A DNA stretch of 64,000 nucleotides from an uncultured bacterium (GCA_963826535.1 CAWGXL010000011.1:448809-512808); one strand, 5' to 3'; shown: positions 1-9,005, counted from the stretch's first letter. Notes: generated by a model not told the origin, from the letters alone. Numbers and translations are program-made.

Positions 1-1
1 C

Positions 2-601
2 TTTTCTGCTTTGTTAAATGCCTGCACTGACTGTTTCGGCTGCGTTGGTTTAACTCATAAAAAATATTGTATTTTTAACAAACAATATACTAAGGAAGAA
101 TATTTAAAAAAAGTTGAAGAGCTGAAAAAAGAAGATCCGGAAAAACAACTCGCGCAAATGTTTGAGATAAAAAAGCAGATACCTCATCCTTCAAGTCAGC
201 AAGTAAATGCAGAAAATTGTCCTTATGGAAATTATATTTATGATTCAAAAAATAGCTACTGGTGTTTTAATAGTTATTATATTGAAAATTGCGGCTATAA
301 TATTTTTAGCGGGTATGCAAAAAATTGTTGGGATGTCTTTTGTTTTGGAGATTCCAAAGCAACTTCTGAGCTTTGTTATGAGCATTTCTATACGTCCTGG
401 TGCTATAACTGCGCCTTTCTTAGTTATTCATTTACTTGTACTAACTGCCATTATGGTACTCAGCTTAAAAATTGTACTGATTGTTTCGGCTGTGTGGGGC
501 TTACCAATAAAAAATACTGCATATTAAATAATCAGCTAACAAAAGACCAGTATCAAAAAGCTGTAAATGTTATTAAAAATGAGCTTGGGTGGAAAAATTA
601 G
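2..601 (+). CDS. Cys-rich CxxC-repeat protein, paralog family member (5' end cut by window edge)
   Basis: Frame is open from the window start. Repeat architecture and conserved C-terminus (TNKKYCILNNQLTK..ELGWKN) match the paralogs at 632, 2265, 3198 and 21960(-). Confidence 0.6.
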   Translation, partial: FSALLNACTDCFGCVGLTHKKYCIFNKQYTKEEYLKKVEELKKEDPEKQLAQMFEIKKQIPHPSSQQVNAENCPYGNYIYDSKNSYWCFNSYYIENCGYNIFSGYAKNCWDVFCFGDSKATSELCYEHFYTSWCYNCAFLSYSFTCTNCHYGTQLKNCTDCFGCVGLTNKKYCILNNQLTKDQYQKAVNVIKNELGWKN

Positions 602-631
602 CGAATAAACTTACTGCTATAATACTAATCA

Positions 632-1543
632 ATGAAATTTCTTGAAAAATATGAACTCCTGAAAAAATCTATTCCGGTTCCGGCAGTAATCAGGGATAAA
701 ACAAGCATTAATTGTGAATTAGTGGATTACTGCAGTGGTTGCAAGAATTGTTTTTATTCTTTTTATATTTATAAATCTGAAGACTGTATATATACAACTT
801 GGGGTTGGGGTAATAAGCTCGTAGATTGTACTGTGCTTACGAAAGGATCTGAAAAATGTTATCAATGTGTTGATAGCAATAATTGTAATAATTGCATTTA
901 TCTCCTGGATTGCAATAATTGTACTGACTGCAATTTTTCAGCATACTTGAATTCATGCAGTGATTGTATTGGTTGTGTTGCATTGACTCATAAAAAATAT
1001 TGCATCTTTAATAAGCAGTACACAAAAGAAGAATATTTAATGCAGGCTGAACGATTAAAGAAAGAAAAGCCTGAAAAAGCATTGGAACAAATGTTGAAGT
1101 TAAAAAAGACGATTCCCCATCCTGCGAGTCAACAATTTAATAGCGTGAATTGCCCTTATGGAAATTATATTTATAATTCAAAGAATTGCTTTTGGTGTTT
1201 TAATACTTATGATAGTGAAAGTATCGGATATAGTAATTTAGACGGCGGAATAAGGAAGTGTTTTGATACTTTTTGGTGCGGCGGCCCCAGAGATAGATTG
1301 ACCGAAAATTGTTATCAACTTGTAGGCTCAGGTCTTTACTATAATTGTTATAACTGCGCATTTTTAACCGATAGTGAAGGTTGTACGAATTGTTATTACG
1401 GTAGAGATCTGAAAAACTGCTCTGACTGCTTTGGTTGTGTCAGTCTGACCAACAAAAAATACTCCATCTTGAATAACCAATTGAGTAAAGAACAATACGA
1501 AAAAGCCATTAAAGATATTAGAAAAGAGCTTGGGTGGAAATAA
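632..1543 (+). CDS. Cys-rich CxxC/CxxCxxC-repeat protein, paralog 2
   Basis: 303 aa. Conserved N-terminus MKFLEKYELLKKSIPVPAV, internal THKKYCIFNKQYTKEEY linker and C-terminal KELGWK. Two duplicated halves of Cys repeats. No signal peptide. Confidence 0.65.
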   Translation: MKFLEKYELLKKSIPVPAVIRDKTSINCELVDYCSGCKNCFYSFYIYKSEDCIYTTWGWGNKLVDCTVLTKGSEKCYQCVDSNNCNNCIYLLDCNNCTDCNFSAYLNSCSDCIGCVALTHKKYCIFNKQYTKEEYLMQAERLKKEKPEKALEQMLKLKKTIPHPASQQFNSVNCPYGNYIYNSKNCFWCFNTYDSESIGYSNLDGGIRKCFDTFWCGGPRDRLTENCYQLVGSGLYYNCYNCAFLTDSEGCTNCYYGRDLKNCSDCFGCVSLTNKKYSILNNQLSKEQYEKAIKDIRKELGWK

Positions 1544-1580
1544 ATTGACTTTTTATACATCATGATGTATAAATATATAT

Positions 1581-1841
1581 ATGATACGAACACAGGTTTA
1601 TATCACATCCAAACAACATGCGCTGCTTAAGAAAAAAGCACATGCAGAGAATGTCACGCTTTCTGAGGCATTGAGAAAGGTTATTGATAAAGATTTATTG
1701 AAAGCAGAAAAGGTTCACAGGCAACAGCCGCACAAAAATTGGTTTCGCTCTGTGGTAAAAGAGGTTGAACAATTAGGCGGAGAAGGACCATCTGATTTGG
1801 CAAGTAATGTTGATGAATATTTATACGGGGGCAAAAAATGA
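1581..1841 (+). CDS. type II antitoxin, ribbon-helix-helix (VapB-like)
   Basis: 86 aa. 4-bp ATGA overlap with the downstream PIN gene. N-terminal beta-strand/helix pattern typical of RHH antitoxins. Confidence 0.5.
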   Translation: MIRTQVYITSKQHALLKKKAHAENVTLSEALRKVIDKDLLKAEKVHRQQPHKNWFRSVVKEVEQLGGEGPSDLASNVDEYLYGGKK

Positions 1842-2260
1842 GGGTATTTGGGGATTCGAATTATTTAATTGCTCTTTTTAACATCAAGGATGGTCTGCAT
1901 GAAAAAGCGTTGACAATAAGCGATAAGCTTACTAATGAAAATACTACCCTAGTTGTCTCCAGTTTTATATTTTTAGAGACTGTCACGGTTTTATCACAGA
2001 AAGTAAATAGAGAAGTAGCGAGGCGTGTAGGCAATGAATTATTGCTGAGAGGTCAAGTTGAGATACTGCATGTTACAGAAGTATTACAAGATAAAAGCTG
2101 GGAGATATTTCAAGAGATAAATAGAAAAAATGTAAGCTTTGTAGATTGTAGTATATTGGCAATTATGGAGCAAGAAGATATACCTTTACTTTTGACATTT
2201 GACAGGGAAGATTTTAAACCTTTACAAAAGGCTTATAAATTTGAGATTTATAGTAAATAA
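1838..2260 (+). CDS. vapC: PIN-domain toxin (VapC-like)
   Basis: 140 aa. N-terminal FGDSNYLIAL acidic motif and C-terminal LTFDREDF, typical PIN residues. Translationally coupled to the upstream antitoxin. Confidence 0.6.
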   Translation: MRVFGDSNYLIALFNIKDGLHEKALTISDKLTNENTTLVVSSFIFLETVTVLSQKVNREVARRVGNELLLRGQVEILHVTEVLQDKSWEIFQEINRKNVSFVDCSILAIMEQEDIPLLLTFDREDFKPLQKAYKFEIYSK

Positions 2261-2264
2261 GACC

Positions 2265-3173
2265 ATGACATTTCTTGAGAAATACGAACTATTGAAAAAA
2301 TCGGTTCCTGTTCCGGCTGTGTTTGCGCCATATAGTATAAACTCTGAATATGCAGATAATAATATGAGAGGTAAGAATTGTTATTACTGCTTTGATGGGT
2401 ATTATTATGAAAATTGTATGTATACTGGCATTGGCGCGTACAACAAATGGATTGTAGATTGTATACAGATGGAATTATCTGAAAAATGTTATGAGACTAT
2501 AGATAGCACCAGATGTTATGGTTCTTCCTATTTGATAGAGTGCAATAGTTGTAATGATTGTCATTTTTCCGCCTTTTTAAACTCTTGTGCTGACTGTTTC
2601 GGTTGCGTGGGTTTAACTCACAAAAAATACTGTGTTTTTAATAAGCAATACAGCAAAGAAGAATATTTTAAAAAGGTTGAAGAATTAAAAAAAGAAAAGC
2701 CGGAAAAGATACTGGCCCAAATGCTTGAACTAAAACAAACCGTTCCGCATCCAGCAAGTCAGCAGTCAAATAATGAGAATTGCCCGTATGGTAATAATAT
2801 ACATGATTCAAAAAATTGTTTTTGGGCTTTCAATATATATTATTTTGACAATTGCGGCTATGTTTTTAACGGATCGTACGCAAGGAATTGTTGGGACTCA
2901 TATCTATTTGGGGGGAACCCCGGGATAAAAACTGTCTCAGAATTATGTTATCAGCAGGTATATACGGAAACTTGTTACAACTGCGCTTTTTTAATCTACT
3001 GTGAAAATTGCACAAATTGTCATTACAGCTCATATCTCAGAAGCTGCACTGATTGTTTCGGTTGTGTTGGCCTGACAAAGAAAAAATACTGCATCTTGAA
3101 TAACCAACTGACCAAAGATCAATATGAAAAAGCTTTGAAAGAGATCAAAAGGGAGTTGGGGTGGAAGTTTTAG
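2265..3173 (+). CDS. Cys-rich CxxC-repeat protein, paralog 3
   Basis: Start moved to the conserved MTFLEKYELLKK. The upstream extension of the track ORF overlaps vapC. Ends KRELGWKF. Confidence 0.65.
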   Translation: MTFLEKYELLKKSVPVPAVFAPYSINSEYADNNMRGKNCYYCFDGYYYENCMYTGIGAYNKWIVDCIQMELSEKCYETIDSTRCYGSSYLIECNSCNDCHFSAFLNSCADCFGCVGLTHKKYCVFNKQYSKEEYFKKVEELKKEKPEKILAQMLELKQTVPHPASQQSNNENCPYGNNIHDSKNCFWAFNIYYFDNCGYVFNGSYARNCWDSYLFGGNPGIKTVSELCYQQVYTETCYNCAFLIYCENCTNCHYSSYLRSCTDCFGCVGLTKKKYCILNNQLTKDQYEKALKEIKRELGWKF

Positions 3174-3197
3174 TAATGAGTCGCAAATATCAATGCT

Positions 3198-4115
3198 ATG
3201 ATATTTCTTGAGAAATACGAACTCCTGAAAAAATCTGTTCCTGTGCCGGCTGTGTGGAATGGCTCATATACGGTTGATTGTGAATATGTAGATTATGTCT
3301 ATCAAAGCAAAAATTGCTACCACTGCTTTGATTCAGCAGCGCTGGAAGATAGTATGTATGCAACGATGTCGCGGGGAAATAAACTGATAGATTGCACCGC
3401 TGTATTTGAATCTGAAAAATGTTATCAAAGTATTGATAGCACCAGATGTCAGAATTGTACAAATCTGTTGGATTGCAACAATAGTACCGATTGTCACTTC
3501 TCAGCCTTTTTAAACAATTGCACTGATTGCTTCGGTTGCTTAGCTCTGAATAATAAGAAGTATTGCATTTTTAACAAACAATACACAAAAGAAGAATATT
3601 TTAAAACGGTTAAGGAACTAAAGAAAGAGAAGCCGGAAAATTTATTAGCCCAATTGTTTGAACTAAAACAAAAGTTTCCCCATTCCGCAAGTCAGCAATT
3701 TAATACACAAAATTGTCCATATGGTAATTATATATATGATTCAAAGAATTGCTATTGGGCTTTTAACATGTATTCTTGTGAGAATTCTGGATATATCTAT
3801 AATGGTTATTATGCGAATAACAGTTGGGATGTTTATCTATCCGGTAGGATGGGGAATCAAAAGGGACATCCACTTGGCGAGCGATTGTACGAACTTATAG
3901 CTACAGGGCCATCTTGTTACGACTGCGCATTTCTTGCCAATTGCACTTATTGTACAAATTGTTACTATAGTGCATATCTTAGAAACTGCGCTGATTGTTT
4001 CGGGAGTGTTGGCCTGACGAATAAAAAATACTGCATCCTGAATAACCAACTGACCAAAGAACAATATTTAAAAGCCTTAAAAGAGATCAAAAAAGAACTT
4101 GGGTGGAGAGTTTAA
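3198..4115 (+). CDS. Cys-rich CxxC-repeat protein, paralog 4
   Basis: 305 aa. MIFLEKYELLKKSVPVPAV ... KELGWRV. Same two-half architecture. Confidence 0.65.
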   Translation: MIFLEKYELLKKSVPVPAVWNGSYTVDCEYVDYVYQSKNCYHCFDSAALEDSMYATMSRGNKLIDCTAVFESEKCYQSIDSTRCQNCTNLLDCNNSTDCHFSAFLNNCTDCFGCLALNNKKYCIFNKQYTKEEYFKTVKELKKEKPENLLAQLFELKQKFPHSASQQFNTQNCPYGNYIYDSKNCYWAFNMYSCENSGYIYNGYYANNSWDVYLSGRMGNQKGHPLGERLYELIATGPSCYDCAFLANCTYCTNCYYSAYLRNCADCFGSVGLTNKKYCILNNQLTKEQYLKALKEIKKELGWRV

Positions 4116-4184
4116 AATTGATTGTGTGGCATTTTATTTTACCCGTGTTATAATTATCTATAAATTAGTGCGCAGATTATCTTT

Positions 4185-4835
4185 ATGAAACTAATAGTGG
4201 GACTCGGCAATCCGGGGGAGAAGTATAAGAATACCCGGCATAATCTGGGTTTTAAGACTGTAAATCGATTCATGCAGGATTTTGAGACTGTGCAAAAGAC
4301 TGAATGGACGAAGAGCGTGAAGTTGAAAAGCAATATTGTGGATCTTGACTGGCAGCCGAAGACAGGACCTATGGAACATGTAATCCTTGCAAAACCATCG
4401 ACGTATATGAATAATTCCGGTATGGCGGTTCAACTTATTTCGGCATACTATAAAATTAATCCCGGGGATATTTGGATTGTGTATGATGAGTTGGATCTGC
4501 CAATTGGCTCAATGCGAATCCGTTTAGGCGGAGCGGCTGCAGGACATCGCGGAGTGGAGTCAATTATTGAAAGTTTAGGGACTGACCGTTTTTGGAGGTT
4601 CCGGATGGGAATTGGAACTGAGCATCCTCATTCGGGACGAAGAGCACGGGAAGACGGGAAAGTGCATAAGAATAGTAAACAATTTTTAGGTGATGTTAAT
4701 GATTATGTCCTTAGTCCATTTGGTCAAGAGAATAATAATAAAGCCCGAGAGCTTATCAAGCATGCATCAGATGCCATTTCCGAAGCTTTGGAAAAGGGGC
4801 TCGAGAAGGCGATGAACCGGTATAATACGAAGTGA
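4185..4835 (+). CDS. pth: peptidyl-tRNA hydrolase with C-terminal extension
   Basis: GLGNPG..Y..TRHNLGF N-terminal signature of Pth. TGA stop. About 40 extra C-terminal residues. Confidence 0.85.
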   Translation: MKLIVGLGNPGEKYKNTRHNLGFKTVNRFMQDFETVQKTEWTKSVKLKSNIVDLDWQPKTGPMEHVILAKPSTYMNNSGMAVQLISAYYKINPGDIWIVYDELDLPIGSMRIRLGGAAAGHRGVESIIESLGTDRFWRFRMGIGTEHPHSGRRAREDGKVHKNSKQFLGDVNDYVLSPFGQENNNKARELIKHASDAISEALEKGLEKAMNRYNTK

Positions 4836-4837
4836 AG

Positions 4838-4922
4838 AATAATTTTCAATTTTTAATTTTCAATTATCAATCAAATCTAAATTTTCAATTTATAAATGTT
4901 TAAAACATTGAAAATTGAGTAA
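4838..4922. repeat. AT-rich palindromic spacer element (TTGAAAATT/AATTTTCAA units), family copy
   Basis: Strong similarity to 53322-53422 (shared aatttttaattttcaat..caaat..taatgtttaaa..acatt) and to 53792-53829. Confidence 0.55.
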
Positions 4923-5258
4923 TTGAAAATTTTAAATTGTAAATTGAAATTTTTTATGCAGTCTGTGAAGCAGGTCCTCAAGAAATTTGATCCAATTAAG
5001 GATAAGTATGTTTCGCGTGAGTTTCAAACGTTTGGGTTGTATTTGTCGGAGCAATTAGATGATTATAAGCATAGAAGTCTTTATATAAAACTCTCAAAGA
5101 CGGTGCATAGGTCTATTTTGGAGAAGGCATTGTCATTCGTAGCAGATAGTAAAGCTGATAGTAAAGGAGCGTTATTTATGTGGAAGTTGAAAGAGCTACG
5201 GAAAAATTCAAAATCCAAAATTATCACTAGGATCCCTGTGGGGACAAATCACAAATAA
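4923..5258 (+). CDS. hypothetical protein (111 aa) bracketed by AT-rich palindromic elements
   Basis: ORF only. Both flanks are copies of the spacer element family. Confidence 0.35.
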   Translation: MKILNCKLKFFMQSVKQVLKKFDPIKDKYVSREFQTFGLYLSEQLDDYKHRSLYIKLSKTVHRSILEKALSFVADSKADSKGALFMWKLKELRKNSKSKIITRIPVGTNHK

Positions 5259-5359
5259 ATTCAAATATCAAAATTCTAAATTCAAAAAGTTTTGGATTTA
5301 ATTATTTGAATTTTGATATTATTTGGAATTTGGTGCTTTGAATTTGTAATTTAATTTCT
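5259..5359. repeat. AT-rich palindromic element, IVS-type copy
   Basis: Shares ttttgatatt..ttggaatttggtgctttgaatttg with the 23S IVS (24040-24100) and with 37110-37160. Confidence 0.6.
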
Positions 5360-5629
5360 ATGAAACAAGCGCATGTTTTTATATCCGGGTCGGTGCAAGG
5401 GGTTGGATATCGTTTTTTTGTTAAGAGTTGGGCTAAAACATATGGAATTGCCGGGTGGGTCGGTAATATACCTGACGGCCGGGTGGAAGGAGTTTTTCAG
5501 GGAGAGAGGCAGGCTATTGGTGAACTTATTACAAAGTGCCGAGAGGGTTCGTTTCTGGCGGAAGTTAAGGATATAGAGGTGAAATGGGAAGAAACTGAGG
5601 AGGAGTTTGGGGATTTTCAGGTTAGGTAG
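5360..5629 (+). CDS. acyP: acylphosphatase
   Basis: 89 aa. VQGVGYRFF and GWVGN..DGRVE signatures. Confidence 0.8.
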   Translation: MKQAHVFISGSVQGVGYRFFVKSWAKTYGIAGWVGNIPDGRVEGVFQGERQAIGELITKCREGSFLAEVKDIEVKWEETEEEFGDFQVR

Positions 5630-5656
5630 TTAATGTTTAAGCTGTGCAGCAAAATT

Positions 5657-6124
5657 TTATTCTCTTCCCTGAGCAGTCAATCTTTTCTCTTCGTTTATAT
5701 CAGATAGGTCTTTTTCTATTTGAACTAATACTTCTTCCTTAAAAACTCTCGTATTTATAACAGATGCTCCATCTGATTTACGGATTACTCTATAAATATC
5801 TTTTTCAGTATAGTGATGAATTAAATCTACACAATTATTAAATATATCTAAATATTGACCCCCGCTTTCTCCAAGCCTTCGATTTCTCATTGTTTCATTT
5901 AAAGCAGCTTTTGCTGCAATAAATTCAATATGCGTTTTGCCTGGATTGAAATCATTACCATATAAACGAAGGTTGAAGTCTACATATTCTTGTCTTGCTC
6001 TATCACCGATAGCCATGCTACTAATTGAATATGCTTTTTCTCCTATGAGAAATTTTTCAAGCCTCTGACGAGGTGTCTGCGATTGTTCAGATTCTTTTGT
6101 CGGTCTGGGCCGTTCTACTGGCAT
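5657..6124 (-). CDS. hypothetical protein
   Basis: 155-aa ORF with no recognisable motifs. Confidence 0.4.
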   Translation of the reverse strand: MPVERPRPTKESEQSQTPRQRLEKFLIGEKAYSISSMAIGDRARQEYVDFNLRLYGNDFNPGKTHIEFIAAKAALNETMRNRRLGESGGQYLDIFNNCVDLIHHYTEKDIYRVIRKSDGASVINTRVFKEEVLVQIEKDLSDINEEKRLTAQGRE

Positions 6125-6200
6125 AGGAAAAGGATTATAGCAGTTGAGGTATAAATCTTCAAGCCTAGCTATTATTTTTTCACCTTTAGCAAAAATAATT

Positions 6201-6226
6201 TGTCATTCCCCTGGACAGGGGAATCT
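6201..6226. repeat. REP-like hairpin variant TTGTCATTCCCCTG-GA-CAGGGGAATC
   Basis: Perfect 9-bp stem. Shares the GTCATTCCC arm with the 6288-6314 hairpin and lies in inverted orientation about 60 bp from it. Confidence 0.5.
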
Positions 6227-6287
6227 AGAAGATATAAATAAATATTCCTTAATAGAGGATAAATGGAAAAAATTTATTTTACCTGCT

Positions 6288-6314
6288 GGATTCCCGCGTT
6301 CGCGGGAATGACAA
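6288..6314. repeat. hairpin repeat GGATTCCCGCG-TTC-GCGGGAATGACAA (family copy 1)
   Basis: Near-identical copies at 22201-22227 and 45966-45992. Confidence 0.6.
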
Positions 6315-6328
6315 TTGTGTAATATGAG

Positions 6329-7162
6329 CTACTTTTTTAGTTCTTGTTCGATGAGTGTTTGGAATTGGGGGAAGGGTTGGGCGCCGGTTAGTCTCCAGCC
6401 GTTGACGAAGAAGGCGGGGGTTCCGTCTACGCCAACTTTGTTGGCTTCGGCAATATCATCATCGACCTTTTGTTTGTATTTAGCGGAGTCTAAACACGAG
6501 CGAAATTGTTCAGTGTTTAAGCCAAGTTCTCCGGCATAATCGGTGAAGGTGATAGCGGCATCGGCGGCTGCTAATGGCGACCAGGTATCCTGATTTTTAA
6601 ACAACAGGTCATGGTAATCCCAGAATTTGTCCTGCTCATTAGCGCACTCTGATGCCTCGGCAGCTTTCTGAGCATTAGGGTGGATTGATATGAGGGGGTA
6701 GTGCCGATAGGCAAATTTAATTTTGTCTGTTTTGATGTAAGTGTCAAAAAGCTGAGGGTAGGTGTTGTCTATATACTGTTTGCAGAATGGACATTGGAAG
6801 TCGCTGAATTCAACGACAGTTACTTTGGCGTTATCATTACCGAGAGTAGGTAAATGACCAATAGCGACGTCAACTTTTGGTTGAAGGGTGGGAATAAGTG
6901 GCGCGGTGTCATTGGCTGCAATATTGTTTAGCTGTCCGGTTTGAGTATTATTGCTGTTTTGAGTTTTTAACGTGTCCTGGAGATAGAAGACTCTATGGGT
7001 TAATATGCCTAGAAAAAAGGCGAAGATGACTAATGCAATAACCAGGTAGAGGTTGACGGATTTGAAGGAGAGGCGAGGAATTTTGATTTGTAAATATTCA
7101 TTTTGCTGGGTTTTTGGTTTTTCTAATTCTTTAGTAGTCGTGTCGGGTAGACTTTTTTTCAT
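6329..7162 (-). CDS. DsbA-family thiol:disulfide oxidoreductase, membrane anchored
   Basis: FQCPFC thioredoxin-fold active site. N-terminal TM helix (LYLVIALVIFAFFLGIL). Confidence 0.75.
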   Translation of the reverse strand: MKKSLPDTTTKELEKPKTQQNEYLQIKIPRLSFKSVNLYLVIALVIFAFFLGILTHRVFYLQDTLKTQNSNNTQTGQLNNIAANDTAPLIPTLQPKVDVAIGHLPTLGNDNAKVTVVEFSDFQCPFCKQYIDNTYPQLFDTYIKTDKIKFAYRHYPLISIHPNAQKAAEASECANEQDKFWDYHDLLFKNQDTWSPLAAADAAITFTDYAGELGLNTEQFRSCLDSAKYKQKVDDDIAEANKVGVDGTPAFFVNGWRLTGAQPFPQFQTLIEQELKK

Positions 7163-7286
7163 TTAATTATATTCTAGTTGTTAATGCCTGAATTGTCAAT
7201 TAAAATTGTAGAGAGAATGTTAGCCCATCTTGAAATTTTGTAGTAATTAATTGTTAAGATAGTGGTTGGGAAAAAGAGCAATGTTG

Positions 7287-7619
7287 TTATTTATTTTTAT
7301 CGGGGAAAATCTGAGTAGAATTGCGATCTTTCTTTCCTATCTCACTAAGTCTATCTCTTAGTTTATTGAGTCGATGCTCATCATTTAGCACTTCCATTAA
7401 GGCTTCTGGCGTCAAAACTTTTTTGCCTGAGACCTGCAGAGCAGCCTCGAGAAATTGAGCCGCTTTATGTGGTACAACGGCAGCATACTCTCTTTTATGA
7501 TGACTAATATGGATAATTTCATCTCCAACTGCGGCACGAGCCAGTGCATCGCCTAAATTATTCCGGAATTCTACTGTAGTATAGCTTTTCGGCGCCTTTT
7601 TAAGTCGTTCTGATGACAT
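7287..7619 (-). CDS. Phd/YefM-like antitoxin-domain protein (no adjacent toxin)
   Basis: N-terminus TVEFRNNLGDALARAAVGDEIIHISHHKREYAAVVP resembles Phd/YefM. No partner ORF on either side. Confidence 0.4.
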   Translation of the reverse strand: MSSERLKKAPKSYTTVEFRNNLGDALARAAVGDEIIHISHHKREYAAVVPHKAAQFLEAALQVSGKKVLTPEALMEVLNDEHRLNKLRDRLSEIGKKDRNSTQIFPDKNK

Positions 7620-7820
7620 AACTAAGATTAGTATTGTATATTATGGGCTGGGGTATGTCAATTTTTTTTGGATTTGATTATAAAAAAGTCTGAATAGCTA
7701 AGGCGTAAAGTTTTGAGACGAGTTGGGTTTTGCCGAAATTCCATCTTATAATACTTGTCAAGGGATATTTTGAGGGTTATTTGGTGATATATTTAATCCC
7801 TGTAGTATAATAGCGATATT

Positions 7821-8312
7821 ATGTCGGCAGAGATACCTGTACCAGGTCAAGGGGCGAAGGAACAAAGAGGGGTATTACTTACTCCCCGGCAAATGCTTGA
7901 AGAGCTTTTTCAGGAAGGCAGCGGTAGAGCTACGAAAGTAAAAGCCGTATTTGCTCATGCATGGTATCATAAATTACATGCTATTAAAGATACTATGGAT
8001 CTGAGGAAATCCGTCCTAGAACAAAAAGGACAATACGTGCCAGAGGATATAATTGCTGGTCTTAATCACGCAGCGGCTGCAGTGGAAGCCTTTGGGAAGA
8101 AGGTGAATAGGTGGTGGAGTCCAGAAGCAGGACCGCAGAAAGAAACATATTTTGAAGGGAGAGGAATAGCAAGGCGGATTTTTGAACAATATCTTGATAT
8201 TGTTGAAGCTGGTGAGGACAGAGTAATAGCTGAGCGAGGATTAGCTTTAGGTATTAAGTACGGCTATGATTGGCATGTGCGTCCCTCTTTAGAAAGACTT
8301 GTGGCTGCCTAG
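7821..8312 (+). CDS. hypothetical protein
   Basis: 163-aa ORF. Confidence 0.4.
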   Translation: MSAEIPVPGQGAKEQRGVLLTPRQMLEELFQEGSGRATKVKAVFAHAWYHKLHAIKDTMDLRKSVLEQKGQYVPEDIIAGLNHAAAAVEAFGKKVNRWWSPEAGPQKETYFEGRGIARRIFEQYLDIVEAGEDRVIAERGLALGIKYGYDWHVRPSLERLVAA

Positions 8313-8383
8313 ATGGTTATGTCTGAGATAAAAGATATACTTAAAATAAATAGCAAAAAGACAAAATAGTTCGTGATGGTATT

Positions 8384-8755
8384 TTATTTTAATGCTGGGA
8401 TGAGTTGGGTTTTGCCGAAGAATTTTAGGCGCAGGAGTTTTTTGTCTTGGGTTAGGAAAAAGTCGCAGTCGGCATTGGCGGCGCTATGGAGTTGGATGTT
8501 ATCTTCTAAGTCTGCAGTTGGGCCGGTTAGAGCCTTTTCCAAAATTTCCAGCGTAAAATCTGTAATTTGAAATTTTTGCATCTGTGTGAATATATTTTTA
8601 TTTGGCAACTTTATCTTAAATACATAACAATAAATATGAAATGAAAGGGATGAGGTGTAAACAATATGATTTAAAAGGTGATTAAGAATTTGTTTTTCAG
8701 GCCTTCTATGAATTGAATCAATTAAGTAATTAGTGTCGAGAAAGACTTTTGCCAT
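8384..8755 (-). CDS. vapC: PIN-domain toxin (VapC-like)
   Basis: MAKVFLDTNYLID N-terminus and C-terminal LTQDKK. Overlaps the upstream antitoxin gene. Confidence 0.55.
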   Translation of the reverse strand: MAKVFLDTNYLIDSIHRRPEKQILNHLLNHIVYTSSLSFHIYCYVFKIKLPNKNIFTQMQKFQITDFTLEILEKALTGPTADLEDNIQLHSAANADCDFFLTQDKKLLRLKFFGKTQLIPALK

Positions 8756-9005
8756 ATTTATCCATTAAATGCTTTCTATATATTTTCTCTCTTTGCTTAT
8801 AGGAAGTTTTTGGTAGATTAAGCTCTTCAGCTATTCTCTTGAGAGTTTTTACACTTTCCTCAGTAAATGGCTTAACTGCCTTTTTCGGTGTAACTTCACC
8901 AATAATCTTTGAGCGGTGAATCAACGTTACTGATCCGCCACTTCTAAGGGTTTTAACCAGTTGTGAAGATTTCGTACGTAAATCGGTAGTTGTAATGTAT
9001 TGCAT
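8730..9005 (-). CDS. Phd/YefM-like antitoxin of PIN toxin
   Basis: 91 aa. N-terminus ITTTDLRTKSSQLVKTLRSGGSVTLIHRSKIIGEV. Overlaps the PIN gene. Confidence 0.5.
   Translation of the reverse strand: MQYITTTDLRTKSSQLVKTLRSGGSVTLIHRSKIIGEVTPKKAVKPFTEESVKTLKRIAEELNLPKTSYKQREKIYRKHLMDKYGKSLSRH

Noticed and set aside
207-527. 106-aa ORF in an alternative frame inside the first Cys-rich CDS
   Set aside because: Fully overlaps a CDS that has strong paralog conservation. Its hydrophobic, Ile-rich composition is typical of an out-of-frame translation.
6315-6539. 74-aa plus-strand ORF overlapping the 3' end of the DsbA-like gene
   Set aside because: Antisense to a CDS that has a clear thioredoxin-fold active site.
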